Source: an uncultured Gammaproteobacteria bacterium (GTDB taxonomy: Bacteria; Pseudomonadota; Gammaproteobacteria; Pseudomonadales; Pseudohongiellaceae). Taken from it: a DNA stretch of 64,000 nt. The stretch covers positions 12,119 to 76,118 of the forward strand of contig CAJXPR010000002.1 of NCBI GenBank assembly GCA_913058135.1. Direction: 5' to 3'. Both the position numbers and the translations under genes were made by a program. A model generated the notes under the pieces. The model had not been told where the DNA came from. It saw only the letters and a list, made by a program, of their open reading frames with translations, and made no database searches. Of this stretch, positions 37,184 through 46,651 are shown piece by piece. How positions within the stretch are numbered: the stretch's first letter is position 1; each line of letters opens with the position of its first letter.

Positions 37184-38521
37184 TCACTCCGGTTCTATGG
37201 GCAGCTGACGCTTGTGCTGGGTGAGACGGTAGGTCTCAACAATAGCGTTGTAAGCACCCTGGGACACTTCGCGATTCTCCAGAAAGGCATCGATCTCCTC
37301 GTAGGACACGCCAAGCGCCTCCTCGTCCGGCTTTAGCGGAGTAAGCGACTCGAGATCCGCGGTGGGTGTCTTGTTGACGAGCCGCGACGGTGCGCCAAGC
37401 TGCTCTGCCAGCAGGCGGACCTGACCTTTATTCAGGCCGGTCAACGGTGCAACATCGCAGGCGCCATCGCCGTACTTGGTGAAAAAACCCGTCAGCGCCT
37501 CGGCGGCCTGATCGGTACCGATCACCAGGCCGCGTCGCGTACCCGCGACGGCATATTGGGCCACCATCCTTTGGCGCGCCTTAATGTTACCAAGCACAAA
37601 GTCACGCTGGGCGGCGTCATTGAATGCCAGGCCCGCGGCTTGCAGCGATTCCAGTTGAGCATCGCTCGCGCTTTTGATGTTCACATCAAGCACTTCATCT
37701 GGCTGGATGAACGCCAGCGCGGCGTTTGCGTCGTCCGAGTCCTGCTGTTCTCCGTACGGCAGTCGCATGGCCACGAAACTGGCCTGTTCACCCTGAACAC
37801 GCAGGCGCTCCACGGCCAGTTGCGCCAGGCGCCCCGCCACCGTGGAATCGACACCGCCGCTGATGCCCAGCACCAGCGTCCGCTGCCCGCTTTCCTGCAT
37901 GACCTGGCATAGAAAATCACGGCGTCGCTCGATTTCATGCTGAGCGTTAACATCGCTTCGCACCTGCAGCTGCGCCACAATGCCACGCTGTGCAGCCTGC
38001 CGGCCACGTGCGCTGCCTGCTCTGGCGTCAGCGTCGCGACACAGTTGATGGTAATGGGGTACGCGTTCCAGCGCATAGTGAGCAGCCGCCAGGCGTACCT
38101 CGTTGCGATCGCCATCGAAGCGCTGAGTCTCGCAGTAAAGCCGCGGGCTGCCGTCGTGTCGAAATGCCCAGGCGAAGCAGACGGTGCCCACCGGTGGCCC
38201 GTTATCGCCAGCATCAGGACCGGCGACGCCGGTATTGGCCAGCACAACATCAACATCATTGCTACTGAGCGCCCCGATAGCCATTTCACCGGATACCGCC
38301 TCGCTGGTCAGGCCGTAGCGCTGGATGGTATCGAAACTGACACTCAAATAGCGGTTCTTCGCCTGCGGCGAATACACACCCAGACCACAGATAATGCTTT
38401 GGCCGCTGCCAGGTACGCGGGCCAGTTCGGAGAAGATGAGACCGGCTGTGCACGATTCCGCGGTAGCAAGCCGCAGTCCGTTATCGCGCAGATAACCGGT
38501 AACGCGTTTCAACAGTTCCAT
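37184..38521 (-). CDS. nadE: Fusion protein: CinA-C/PncC-type NMN amidohydrolase domain plus NH3-dependent NAD+ synthetase NadE
   Basis: N-terminal LATAESCTAGLIFSELARVPGSG (PncC signature). The C-terminal roughly 275 aa are collinear with E. coli NadE: LVLGISGGVDSTV, GTDQAAEALTGFFTKYGDG, KTPTADLE. Confidence 0.85.
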   Translation of the reverse strand: MELLKRVTGYLRDNGLRLATAESCTAGLIFSELARVPGSGQSIICGLGVYSPQAKNRYLSVSFDTIQRYGLTSEAVSGEMAIGALSSNDVDVVLANTGVAGPDAGDNGPPVGTVCFAWAFRHDGSPRLYCETQRFDGDRNEVRLAAAHYALERVPHYHQLCRDADARAGSARGRQAAQRGIVAQLQVRSDVNAQHEIERRRDFLCQVMQESGQRTLVLGISGGVDSTVAGRLAQLAVERLRVQGEQASFVAMRLPYGEQQDSDDANAALAFIQPDEVLDVNIKSASDAQLESLQAAGLAFNDAAQRDFVLGNIKARQRMVAQYAVAGTRRGLVIGTDQAAEALTGFFTKYGDGACDVAPLTGLNKGQVRLLAEQLGAPSRLVNKTPTADLESLTPLKPDEEALGVSYEEIDAFLENREVSQGAYNAIVETYRLTQHKRQLPIEPE

Positions 38522-38595
38522 TGTCTACATTCCTTGTGCGAGTAAGTCCTTTTCAGTTTCCTTCTGTTGTTTCGGGACGCCTGTTGCGAGACAGC

Positions 38596-39477
38596 TCAGA
38601 CGGTAGAAACAGGATAACTGACTGACGAAGAATCTTGCAACGTCGCTTCGCAGTCGCGCATTCTTTCCCATGTTTGAACCATAAGCTTTTTTGAGTGCCC
38701 CCAGCGATAACCCCCAAGCGCCCCGCTCTGCTGTATGACACGGTGGCAAGGGATCAGTAGGGCGACCGGATTCGCTGCAATGGCGTTGCCGACTGCGCGC
38801 GCAGATCTGGGGGCTCCGAGTGCAGCAGCAACCTGGGTATAGCTGGCCACGGCACCCGGCGGTATTGTCAGTAACGCACGCCACACAGCGATCTGAAAAT
38901 TTGTTCCTGCCACGTGGAGCGACAGTGGCGCGTTTCCGGAAACCGAACCGCTGTCGAAAAACGCCTCTACTACACGGCGCGTCGACCCGATGCTTTGTCC
39001 GATCGAGCTCAACGGCCATGCGTCCTGCAGGTCATCCAGCAACTCTTCAAGCCTGTTGACCCCCATGAACTCCGCACGACAAACACCACGCTGGGTTACC
39101 GCGACAAACATAGGTCCAAAGGGCGTAGAGTGCACACCGTAGTCGATTTTTAGCTGCCTTCCTCTGCTTTTATATTCTCCGGGCGTCACTGCCTCCAACT
39201 GAACAAAATGGTCGTGCAACCGTGAACTGCCGCTCAGGCCCAATGCGTGTGAAGTCTCGAGTATCGAGCGGGATTTATCCAACAACGCTTTACCACGTTC
39301 CAGGGTCAGAACCTGCAAAAAACGTTTAGGCGTGGTCCCGGCCCAACGACAGAATAATCTCTGGAAGTGATACGGGCTCAAATGTACGTGGGCAGCGATC
39401 TCCTCAAGTCCTGGTTGAGCCGACGCATGGTCTACAAGATAGGACATGGCACTCGCGATTCGGTCGTAATCTGACAT
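38596..39477 (-). CDS. AraC-type HTH fused to methylated-DNA-protein-cysteine methyltransferase (Ada-like, lacking the N-terminal Zn domain)
   Basis: LSPYHFQRLFCRWAGTTPKRF (AraC HTH) and active site IPCHRVI, with NFQIAVWRALLTIP. Confidence 0.85.
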   Translation of the reverse strand: MSDYDRIASAMSYLVDHASAQPGLEEIAAHVHLSPYHFQRLFCRWAGTTPKRFLQVLTLERGKALLDKSRSILETSHALGLSGSSRLHDHFVQLEAVTPGEYKSRGRQLKIDYGVHSTPFGPMFVAVTQRGVCRAEFMGVNRLEELLDDLQDAWPLSSIGQSIGSTRRVVEAFFDSGSVSGNAPLSLHVAGTNFQIAVWRALLTIPPGAVASYTQVAAALGAPRSARAVGNAIAANPVALLIPCHRVIQQSGALGGYRWGHSKKLMVQTWERMRDCEATLQDSSSVSYPVSTV

Positions 39478-39721
39478 AGCTGGACCTCTTTAGGATACAT
39501 ACCCGAGCAGATGCCATAGTACGGCACCTAACGTCCAATGCCGACCCGAATCTTGCTGTCTTTCCAGTACACGGCAGGCTCCCCGGCGCACAAGCTGCTC
39601 ATGCCTAAGCGCAACCTCCGCTAGGTCGGTTTGACAGGTAGTGACTGTCATGGATAACATCCAATACGATTGAGGACGTTTCCTTAACTCGCCGAATGGA
39701 TTCATCGAGCTGTGAACACGG

Positions 39722-40948
39722 ATGATTACTCTTGATACCAACGACAATGCGCAAATACCCTTTAAGCAGGTACGAGCCCGTTCGATAGCTATCTGCGCGC
39801 CTTTGCAGACAGAAGACCACGTGGTGCAACCGTGTGCCGAGGTTAGCCCGCCGAAGTGGCACCTGGCGCACACAACCTGGTTTTTCGAACAGGCAATTCT
39901 GAAGCGATACCTCGCCGGCTACCGCCCCTTCAACAAATATTTTTCCCGGCTGTTCAATTCCTACTACAAATCTGCAGGCGAACACAGTCTGCAGAGCGAA
40001 CGGGGGCATCTGTCACGCCCGACTGTCGCCGAAATTCTCGCGTATCGTGAGGCTGTGGATGATCACCTGCAGGCATTAATAAATCACCACAGCGGGGACC
40101 GTGAGCTGCTCACCCTGGTTGAACTGGGTCTTCATCACGAACAGCAGCACCAGGAACTGTTACTGATGGATATCAAGCGTATTCTGGGGACCAACGCCAG
40201 TATGCCCGCTTATAGCGATGCCAACTGGCTGGCACGGGCCGTAGCGGATAAATGGACGCATTTCGGGGCTGGCCTGGTTGAAATCGGACACCAGGGCAAC
40301 ACATTCGCCTACGATAATGAGTGTCCGCGCCATACACAGTACCTGCATGATTTCTCTGTTCGTGACAACAGCGTCAGTTGCGCCGAATTCATCGACTTTA
40401 TTAATGCTGGCGGCTACACCAATCCCGCATTGTGGCTGAGCCAGGGCTGGGACTGGGTGCAGCAGAACAGGATAACGGCCCCTCTGTACTGGTTCAGGGA
40501 TGGCGCCAATTGGTCTCACTACACGTTGCATGGCGTCAGACGGGTCGCTGAGCAGGAGCCTGTTGTGCACGTCAGCTATTTTGAGGCAGATGCGTTCGCG
40601 CGCTGGAAAGGATACCGGCTCCCTACCGAGGCCGAGCTGGAAATATGGCTGGTCAATCAACCCGAAAGCACCGGATCACCGTCCGGCGTATTCCATCCCA
40701 GCCGTGCCGACCAGGCGACGAACCAGGTCTGGTACTGGACCTCAAGCCACTACTCACCCTATCCGGGATACCGCCCCTATATGGGTATGTTGGGTGAATA
40801 CAATGGCAAGTTCATGTGTAACCAGTTCGTGCTGCGCGGCGGATGCGTGGCAACGCCGGTTGGTCATTACCGCAACACCTATCGAAATTTTTACCTGCCA
40901 CAACAGCGCTGGATGTTTTCCGGCATTAAATTGGCAAAGGATGATTAG
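39722..40948 (+). CDS. egtB: Ergothioneine biosynthesis sulfoxide synthase EgtB (DinB_2 plus FGE-sulfatase domains)
   Basis: PPKWHLAHTTWFFE, ELGLHHEQQHQELLLMDIK, and a C-terminal FGE-like domain ending ...NFYLPQQRWMFSGIKLAKD. An egtD gene lies adjacent. Confidence 0.85.
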   Translation: MITLDTNDNAQIPFKQVRARSIAICAPLQTEDHVVQPCAEVSPPKWHLAHTTWFFEQAILKRYLAGYRPFNKYFSRLFNSYYKSAGEHSLQSERGHLSRPTVAEILAYREAVDDHLQALINHHSGDRELLTLVELGLHHEQQHQELLLMDIKRILGTNASMPAYSDANWLARAVADKWTHFGAGLVEIGHQGNTFAYDNECPRHTQYLHDFSVRDNSVSCAEFIDFINAGGYTNPALWLSQGWDWVQQNRITAPLYWFRDGANWSHYTLHGVRRVAEQEPVVHVSYFEADAFARWKGYRLPTEAELEIWLVNQPESTGSPSGVFHPSRADQATNQVWYWTSSHYSPYPGYRPYMGMLGEYNGKFMCNQFVLRGGCVATPVGHYRNTYRNFYLPQQRWMFSGIKLAKDD

Positions 40949-40992
40949 GCCCAAGGCGTTTAAGGACTGGATAGCAGAGGAAAGGATTCCAG

Positions 40993-41976
40993 ATGAAGAT
41001 GTCAAAACTTGCACAATTAATCGATGACGATGAACAGGAACAAAATCAATTTGCCACTGATGTGTTGGCCGGGCTCAGCAGTGTCGAGAAGCATCTATCG
41101 TGCAAATATTTCTACGACGATACTGGCAGCGAACTATTTCGCGACATCACTCAACACGAAGACTACTACCTGACGCGTACTGAGTACGCCATACTGGACG
41201 ATGCCAGCGAACGGCTGCCGGGCGTTCTGGATGAGAAAGAGATTGATATCGTCGAACTCGGCGCCGGCGACGGACACAAAAGCCAGTTGATTGTGGATGG
41301 TTTTCTCAGGGCAGGACTTGCCGTCAATTTCTACCCGATCGACATTTCAGACAAGGCCATGCACATGCTGGGCGAAACCATTCGTGATCAGCCCAACCTG
41401 TCCGTACACGGGTTGATTGGCGACTACTTTGACGGCCTTCGCTTCGTGCGTGAGCGTTCAGCCAGGCGGCAGCTGGTGCTGTTCCTGGGCTCAAACATCG
41501 GCAATTTTGACCGGTCACAGGGCCAGACCTTTCTGCGGCGACTCTGTAGCTGCCTGAACACCGGCGATCATGTATTGATTGGTTTCGACCTGAAGAAAGA
41601 CATCACGGAACTCATCGCCGCCTACACGGATTCAGGCAACCTGACGCGCGATTTCAATCTTAATCTGCTGGCGCGTATCAATCGCGAACTGGGCGGCAAC
41701 TTCGACCTTGACGGCTTCCAGCATTATGCCACTTATAACCCCGTCCTGGGCGCCATGGAAAGCTATTTGCTGGCAACGCGGGAACAACGCGTTTTCATCA
41801 GCGCGTTACAACGAGAGTTTTTCTTTGCCGCTTTTGAGCCCATCCATACGGAGTATTCGTTTAAATTTTCGCCAAGCGATATCGAGCAATTATGCGACCT
41901 GTCGGGTTTTACCCCGGTGGAAAACTTTGCTGATGAAAAAGAGCGTTTTTTCAGTTCCCTCTGGCGCGTAGCGTAG
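40993..41976 (+). CDS. egtD: L-histidine N-alpha-methyltransferase EgtD
   Basis: KYFYDDTGSELFRDITQHEDYYLTRTE, VELGAGDGHKS, FLGSNIGNF: EgtD signature blocks. Confidence 0.85.
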   Translation: MKMSKLAQLIDDDEQEQNQFATDVLAGLSSVEKHLSCKYFYDDTGSELFRDITQHEDYYLTRTEYAILDDASERLPGVLDEKEIDIVELGAGDGHKSQLIVDGFLRAGLAVNFYPIDISDKAMHMLGETIRDQPNLSVHGLIGDYFDGLRFVRERSARRQLVLFLGSNIGNFDRSQGQTFLRRLCSCLNTGDHVLIGFDLKKDITELIAAYTDSGNLTRDFNLNLLARINRELGGNFDLDGFQHYATYNPVLGAMESYLLATREQRVFISALQREFFFAAFEPIHTEYSFKFSPSDIEQLCDLSGFTPVENFADEKERFFSSLWRVA

Positions 41977-42015
41977 CAATGGGGTTGTCAGCATCACAAG
42001 GTTATGGGAGGTGAG

Positions 42016-42765
42016 ATGATGGAAAAGACGAAACAGCAAGCCGCACTCTGTGATCAGAACCCTACCGATTTTTCGGACCTGAAGGCAATTTACTTTAATT
42101 GCACGCTGAAGCATCCCGACCAGCCCTCGCACACGGCGCTGCTGATGGGCGCATCCGCTGGCATCATGCGTCGCAACGGCGTTGACGTCGAACATATCCG
42201 CGGCAGCGCCCACCGCATCGCTTTCGGCGTCCAGCCGGATATGCGCGAGCACGGCTGGGAGCATGACGATTGGCCTGATCTATGGCAGAAAATCGAGGCC
42301 GCCGACATTCTGGTGCTGGGCACGCCGATATGGCTTGGCGAGCAGTCTTCCATTTGCAGGCTAGTGACAGAACGCCTTTACGCCATGTCAGGACTTTTGA
42401 ATGACAAGGGGCAGTCCATCTTTTATGGCAAAACCGGCGGAGTTGTCGTGACCGGTAACGAGGACGGAGCAAAGCATATCGGGATGAATGTGCTCTATTC
42501 GCTCTCGCACCTGGGCTATGCGATTCCGCCGCAGGCCGATTGTGCCTGGACGGGTGAAGCCGGCCCGGGTCCGAGCTACGGTGACGATGGTGCGGGCTTC
42601 GACAATGAGTTTACGCAGCGCAATACCACAATCATGACCTGGAATCTGCTGCATATGGCGCGCATGTTGAAGGACGCCGGCGGCATTCCCAATCACGGCA
42701 ATGATCGCAAGGCGTGGTCGGCCGGATGCCGGTTTGACTACGAGAGCCCTGAACACCGGCGCTGA
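42016..42765 (+). CDS. Flavodoxin-like fold NAD(P)H-dependent FMN reductase family protein
   Basis: ADILVLGTPIWLGEQSS and VVVTGNEDGAKH. GGAGG lies inside the ORF-track start, so ATG at 42016 or 42019 is preferred. Confidence 0.75.
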   Translation: MMEKTKQQAALCDQNPTDFSDLKAIYFNCTLKHPDQPSHTALLMGASAGIMRRNGVDVEHIRGSAHRIAFGVQPDMREHGWEHDDWPDLWQKIEAADILVLGTPIWLGEQSSICRLVTERLYAMSGLLNDKGQSIFYGKTGGVVVTGNEDGAKHIGMNVLYSLSHLGYAIPPQADCAWTGEAGPGPSYGDDGAGFDNEFTQRNTTIMTWNLLHMARMLKDAGGIPNHGNDRKAWSAGCRFDYESPEHRR

Positions 42766-42800
42766 AAATTCGATCGCACTCGCCGGCTGTGGCGATAAAG

Positions 42801-43322
42801 CTAAAAATAGCTGGCAAATGCATCCAGGGCAGCTTGTGGAAGAAACGCACCCAGCACCATACTGTAGCTCATATGCGCGGCTACGGTTGTCAGCGGCGTC
42901 ATATAGCCGTAGTTGAACCCCATAAACCCGGGGGGCTCCAGCCTTTTCAGTTCGGTGGGGCCGTCGTATTCGGTGGCCATGCCGGGGTGAAAATGAGGTA
43001 ACACAGGCAGAATGACAACCAGGATAAAGAGCGCGTGAATCAGACCCGCCAGGGCGCCAATCCACCAGGTGGCGGCCAGGGCGGCAAAGAGCGCCGTGTA
43101 AAAAAGCGCAAATATCCATCCGCCTGCCAGGTACAGCGTTATTCCCAGAAGCTGGGCATAATCGCGATTGGAGGTCAGGCAGGTTCCCAACAAAAAGGGC
43201 AGGCTAAGTCTGGATAGTCCGCCCATCTGGCTGCCGAACATGATAATGGTCATAACGACGGTTGCTACAAATCCCCACAACAGAATACCGGTGATGGCCT
43301 GCACGCCAATGATTGTATCCAT
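42801..43322 (-). CDS. Polytopic membrane protein (about 5 TM), unknown family
   Basis: Consistently hydrophobic helices, and it is the last gene of the co-directional cluster. The start is preceded by the GGAGTAA repeat. Confidence 0.6.
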   Translation of the reverse strand: MDTIIGVQAITGILLWGFVATVVMTIIMFGSQMGGLSRLSLPFLLGTCLTSNRDYAQLLGITLYLAGGWIFALFYTALFAALAATWWIGALAGLIHALFILVVILPVLPHFHPGMATEYDGPTELKRLEPPGFMGFNYGYMTPLTTVAAHMSYSMVLGAFLPQAALDAFASYF

Positions 43323-43330
43323 GCTTCTTC

Positions 43331-43358
43331 TTACTCCTTACTCCTTACTCCTTACTCC
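43331..43358 (-). repeat. Perfect tandem heptamer (GGAGTAA)x4 at the GH15 / membrane-protein gene junction
   Basis: Plus strand ttactcc x4 at 43331-37, 43338-44, 43345-51 and 43352-58. The unit at 43352-58 supplies the GH15 stop codon (TAA). Confidence 0.95.
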
Positions 43359-45238
43359 TGCCCCCTGGCCCCTGATTCCTGGCTGCGTATTTTCTCAGCA
43401 CTGGCCCGGTCTATCGCCAGCGCCGCATTGATAAGCCCTACATGGGTATAAGCCTGGGGAAAGTTGCCAACCAGTGCGCCGGAAGTGACATCAATTTCCT
43501 CGGCAAACAGGCCGAGATGATTGGCATAACCCAGTAATGCCTCAAACCGCTCGATGGCTTCATCCAGCCGACCGGCCAGCGCCAGATATTCGACAGCCCA
43601 GAAGCTGCAGATGCCGAAGGCATTCTCACCTTCATCAAAGCCGTCATAGTCGAGTGTGTATCTGTGCATCAGGGCACCGTGACTGAGGTGCCTTTCAAGG
43701 TACTCGAAGGTGCCGACCATACGAGGGTCATCTGCATCGCAGTATCCATAGTAGGTCAGCAGCAGGAGACTGGCGTCCGGTATGTCCTCACCAAAGACTG
43801 CGGTATAGCTGTTGGTCTCCCGATTGAACCCCTGCTGTTCTATGGTGTTCGCTATTTTCTCCCGTGTGCGGCGAAATTTTTCGACCGGGACTGAGATATG
43901 CTCCTGATCCGCGAGTTTTAGCAGGCAGTCCAGCGTTACCCAGCACGCCACCTTCGAGTAGGTGTGCTGGTGGGAACCACCACGAATTTCCCATATGCCC
44001 CGATCGGGCTCCTGCCATTGGCGACAAACCGTTTTGCCCAGGCCGCGAAGCATTCTGCGTCCCGCCCGGCTCAGATGCCCACCTCCTTCGACGTATCGCA
44101 GCGCCGCCATTGCCACCGAACCGTACACATCAAGCTGTTTCTGGCCCCAGGCACCGTTGCCAATACGCACGGGGCGCGAGCCTTGATAGCCGCTCAAATG
44201 GTCAAGTACCTTTTCACGTATGTTGCCATGGCCATAGACATCATAAAGCACCTGCAATCGTGGCCGTGTTCGCTGCGTGGCGTGAAGAAGCCAGGCTAGA
44301 TAGGTCCTTGCCTCCGCGGCGTAACCCATTGCCAAGAGCGCTTCCAGTGTCATCGCGGAATCCCGCAACCAGCAGTAGCGGTAATCCCAGTTGCGCGTGC
44401 CGCCGACGACTTCCGGCAGCGAGGATGTCGGGGCTGCCACAATGGCGCCCGACAGGCTGTAAGAGAGCATTTTGATCGTCAGCAGACTGCGCATGACCGC
44501 TGACCGGTACGGACCCTCATAGCTACAGTGTCTGCTCCACGCCTGCCACCAGGCTACCGTTGCGTCCATTCGTTTGCGGGCAGACTCCCCCAACGGCAAA
44601 ATGACTGCCATGTCGTTGCGCACATAGGTGACCGAAAGATAACGGGGCTCGTTCGGATCCAGTCGCACGCGGCCACACACGGCGCGAGCGTCATCCGTGA
44701 GCTCAAGCTCCAGGTCTGTGTGCAGCAACAGGAAATGATCCCGATAGCTGCAGCCCCAACTGTATGCACCCAGGCGCTTGAGTTTTATATCGGCACTGCC
44801 AAAATCGGGTCTCGGCGCGTAGTAAATGTCGATCTCCACGGGACCGTCCACCGCTTCAATCGATCGCAGCAATTCGCGCTGCGCGAGAAGCCGGCCAGCT
44901 TTACTGGCGTCCGGGATGACCATCGCATCGGTCAGGCGCAGCTGCGCCCCCGCCGCCGGCCACACGGTCTGCAGCACATTGCTTTGTGCAATATAGTGCT
45001 GACTGCCCTGGCTCTGGTCGGCAGGCGCAACCGAAAAACGGCCTCCCCGCTGTCGGTCCAGGATACCGGCAAAAAAGCCCGGGCCGGAAAAATGCGGCAG
45101 GCACCACCAGTCGATACTTCCGCTTCTGGATACCAGGGCGGCAGTTCGGCAGTCGCCGATCACGCCGTAGTCGTTAATGGTGCTTTCAGTTGCTTCCGGC
45201 GCTTCGGTAAATCGCTGTTCATCGTTCATGGGTTTCAT
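43352..45238 (-). CDS. Glycoside hydrolase family 15 (glucoamylase/trehalase-like)
   Basis: YGVIGDCRTAALVSRSGSIDWWCLPHF, NWDYRYCWLRDS, WEIRG...HTYSKV: GH15 hallmarks. Confidence 0.9.
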   Translation of the reverse strand: MKPMNDEQRFTEAPEATESTINDYGVIGDCRTAALVSRSGSIDWWCLPHFSGPGFFAGILDRQRGGRFSVAPADQSQGSQHYIAQSNVLQTVWPAAGAQLRLTDAMVIPDASKAGRLLAQRELLRSIEAVDGPVEIDIYYAPRPDFGSADIKLKRLGAYSWGCSYRDHFLLLHTDLELELTDDARAVCGRVRLDPNEPRYLSVTYVRNDMAVILPLGESARKRMDATVAWWQAWSRHCSYEGPYRSAVMRSLLTIKMLSYSLSGAIVAAPTSSLPEVVGGTRNWDYRYCWLRDSAMTLEALLAMGYAAEARTYLAWLLHATQRTRPRLQVLYDVYGHGNIREKVLDHLSGYQGSRPVRIGNGAWGQKQLDVYGSVAMAALRYVEGGGHLSRAGRRMLRGLGKTVCRQWQEPDRGIWEIRGGSHQHTYSKVACWVTLDCLLKLADQEHISVPVEKFRRTREKIANTIEQQGFNRETNSYTAVFGEDIPDASLLLLTYYGYCDADDPRMVGTFEYLERHLSHGALMHRYTLDYDGFDEGENAFGICSFWAVEYLALAGRLDEAIERFEALLGYANHLGLFAEEIDVTSGALVGNFPQAYTHVGLINAALAIDRASAEKIRSQESGARGQE

Positions 45239-45262
45239 AATGGCAACTCACCTGGCAGCTGT

Positions 45263-46276
45263 TCATCCTGTCATTGCCTGCACTATCATTGTTATCAGCG
45301 CTAACAACAACAGCGTCGTGGCAGCCAGTAACGGCGCGCGGTAAAAGTTGGCGACCAGTTGCCAGCTATGGCGACGCGCTTTTGCGTCGAAGCGTCCGTG
45401 GCTGCCAAAGGAGCCCTTCACCGGCCTGAAAAGATTGTCCTGGCGCTCATTCTCTGGCTGTGCCGGACGGTCAGCGTCCCTCTGTCCCGAGAATGCGGTC
45501 TTACTGAGGTAGCGATCTGCCACGCCCGGGAAAAATTTGTTGAGAACAATCGCCTTGACGGCAGGAAAACCCACGCATAGCTCCCGACGTCGATGTCGGG
45601 CTGCCCACACGATGCCCCGGGCGGCCAGTTCGGGCTGAAAAATGGGCGGCACCGGCTGCGGCTGCTGGCGCGTCCGATAACGCGCCCAATCGAACTGGGG
45701 GGTGTTAAAGGCCGACAGCTGAACCATGGTGACATGAATATCGCTGTTTTCATGCAGCAGCTCCGTGCGCAGCGCGTCCGTGAAACCTCTTATGGCAAAT
45801 TTGGCCACACAGTAGGCCGACTGCAGCGGTATGGCCCGGTAGGACAGCGCGGAGCCTACCTGGACAATCGTGCCCGCCCCGCGTCTGCGCATTCTTCGCA
45901 AGGCCGACAGCGTGCCATGCACCGTCCCCAGGTAGGTAACCTCGGTCACGCGTCTGATCTCTTCCGCCGTCATCTCGTGCACAGGTGAAAATACCGCCAC
46001 CATGGCGCAGTTCACCCAGATATCAATCGACCCGAATGACTGTTCCGCCCTTTCGGCTGCTTTTTCCACCGCTTCTGCATCGGCCACGTCCACAGGCACC
46101 ACGAGCGCCTCTCCTCCAGCGTCACGAACCTCGGTCGCCGCCTGCTCGAGTCGTTCCGGCTCCCTTGCCAACAAGACTACCCTCGCGCCGTCCCTGCCGA
46201 ATGCGACGGCAGTGGCACGGCCAACTCCGGCGGAGGCGCCAGTTATCACAACAGTTTGCGGGATTTTTTCTGTCAT
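45263..46276 (-). CDS. SDR-family oxidoreductase with a C-terminal TM anchor
   Basis: VITGASAGVGRA (TGxxxGxG), the YCVAKFA catalytic Y-x3-K, and a C-terminal hydrophobic helix LLAATTLLLLALITMIV. Confidence 0.9.
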   Translation of the reverse strand: MTEKIPQTVVITGASAGVGRATAVAFGRDGARVVLLAREPERLEQAATEVRDAGGEALVVPVDVADAEAVEKAAERAEQSFGSIDIWVNCAMVAVFSPVHEMTAEEIRRVTEVTYLGTVHGTLSALRRMRRRGAGTIVQVGSALSYRAIPLQSAYCVAKFAIRGFTDALRTELLHENSDIHVTMVQLSAFNTPQFDWARYRTRQQPQPVPPIFQPELAARGIVWAARHRRRELCVGFPAVKAIVLNKFFPGVADRYLSKTAFSGQRDADRPAQPENERQDNLFRPVKGSFGSHGRFDAKARRHSWQLVANFYRAPLLAATTLLLLALITMIVQAMTG

Positions 46277-46648
46277 TTAGTCACCATAGGCCATGGTTGT
46301 CAGCAGCGCGATCGAACCCATTCTCGCATCCAGCCGGGTATGCTGCACGACAACAGGCAGGTCAGACTCGATCACACTGGCAAAGTCAGTTTCCCTGGGC
46401 ACAGATTGTGGATCGCTCAGTTCATCAAAGCGCATGTGCAGGGTTCGCCGGCCCGCGACCGACAGCCGGTAGGGGCCGACGGGATCCCTGTCCGTGAAAT
46501 AGATCCATATCTCCAGATTCGCGGTTTGATCGCCTGTATTAAGAATACAGGCTGTTTCATGGCTACGCAGTGCGCGGTCCTCTTCATGCTCGCCCGCCGC
46601 AGGGATGTATCCTTCCGCAATGGCCCAGGTAGTTTTACCGATTGCCAT
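46277..46648 (-). CDS. ASRT-family protein (homologue of the Anabaena sensory rhodopsin transducer)
   Basis: WAIAEGYIP, SHETACILNTGD, PVGPYRLSV, TDFASVIESDLPVVVQHTRLD. As I recall the ASRT sequence, these match it block by block at the same spacing. The protein is 123 aa. Confidence 0.8.
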   Translation of the reverse strand: MAIGKTTWAIAEGYIPAAGEHEEDRALRSHETACILNTGDQTANLEIWIYFTDRDPVGPYRLSVAGRRTLHMRFDELSDPQSVPRETDFASVIESDLPVVVQHTRLDARMGSIALLTTMAYGD

Positions 46649-46651
46649 AAG

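Noticed and set aside
43323-43360. Interpreting the heptamer array as a phase-variation switch that changes a reading frame
   Set aside because: The array lies after the GH15 stop codon and before the next start. Copy-number change would therefore not shift either ORF. Only an effect on translational coupling is proposed.
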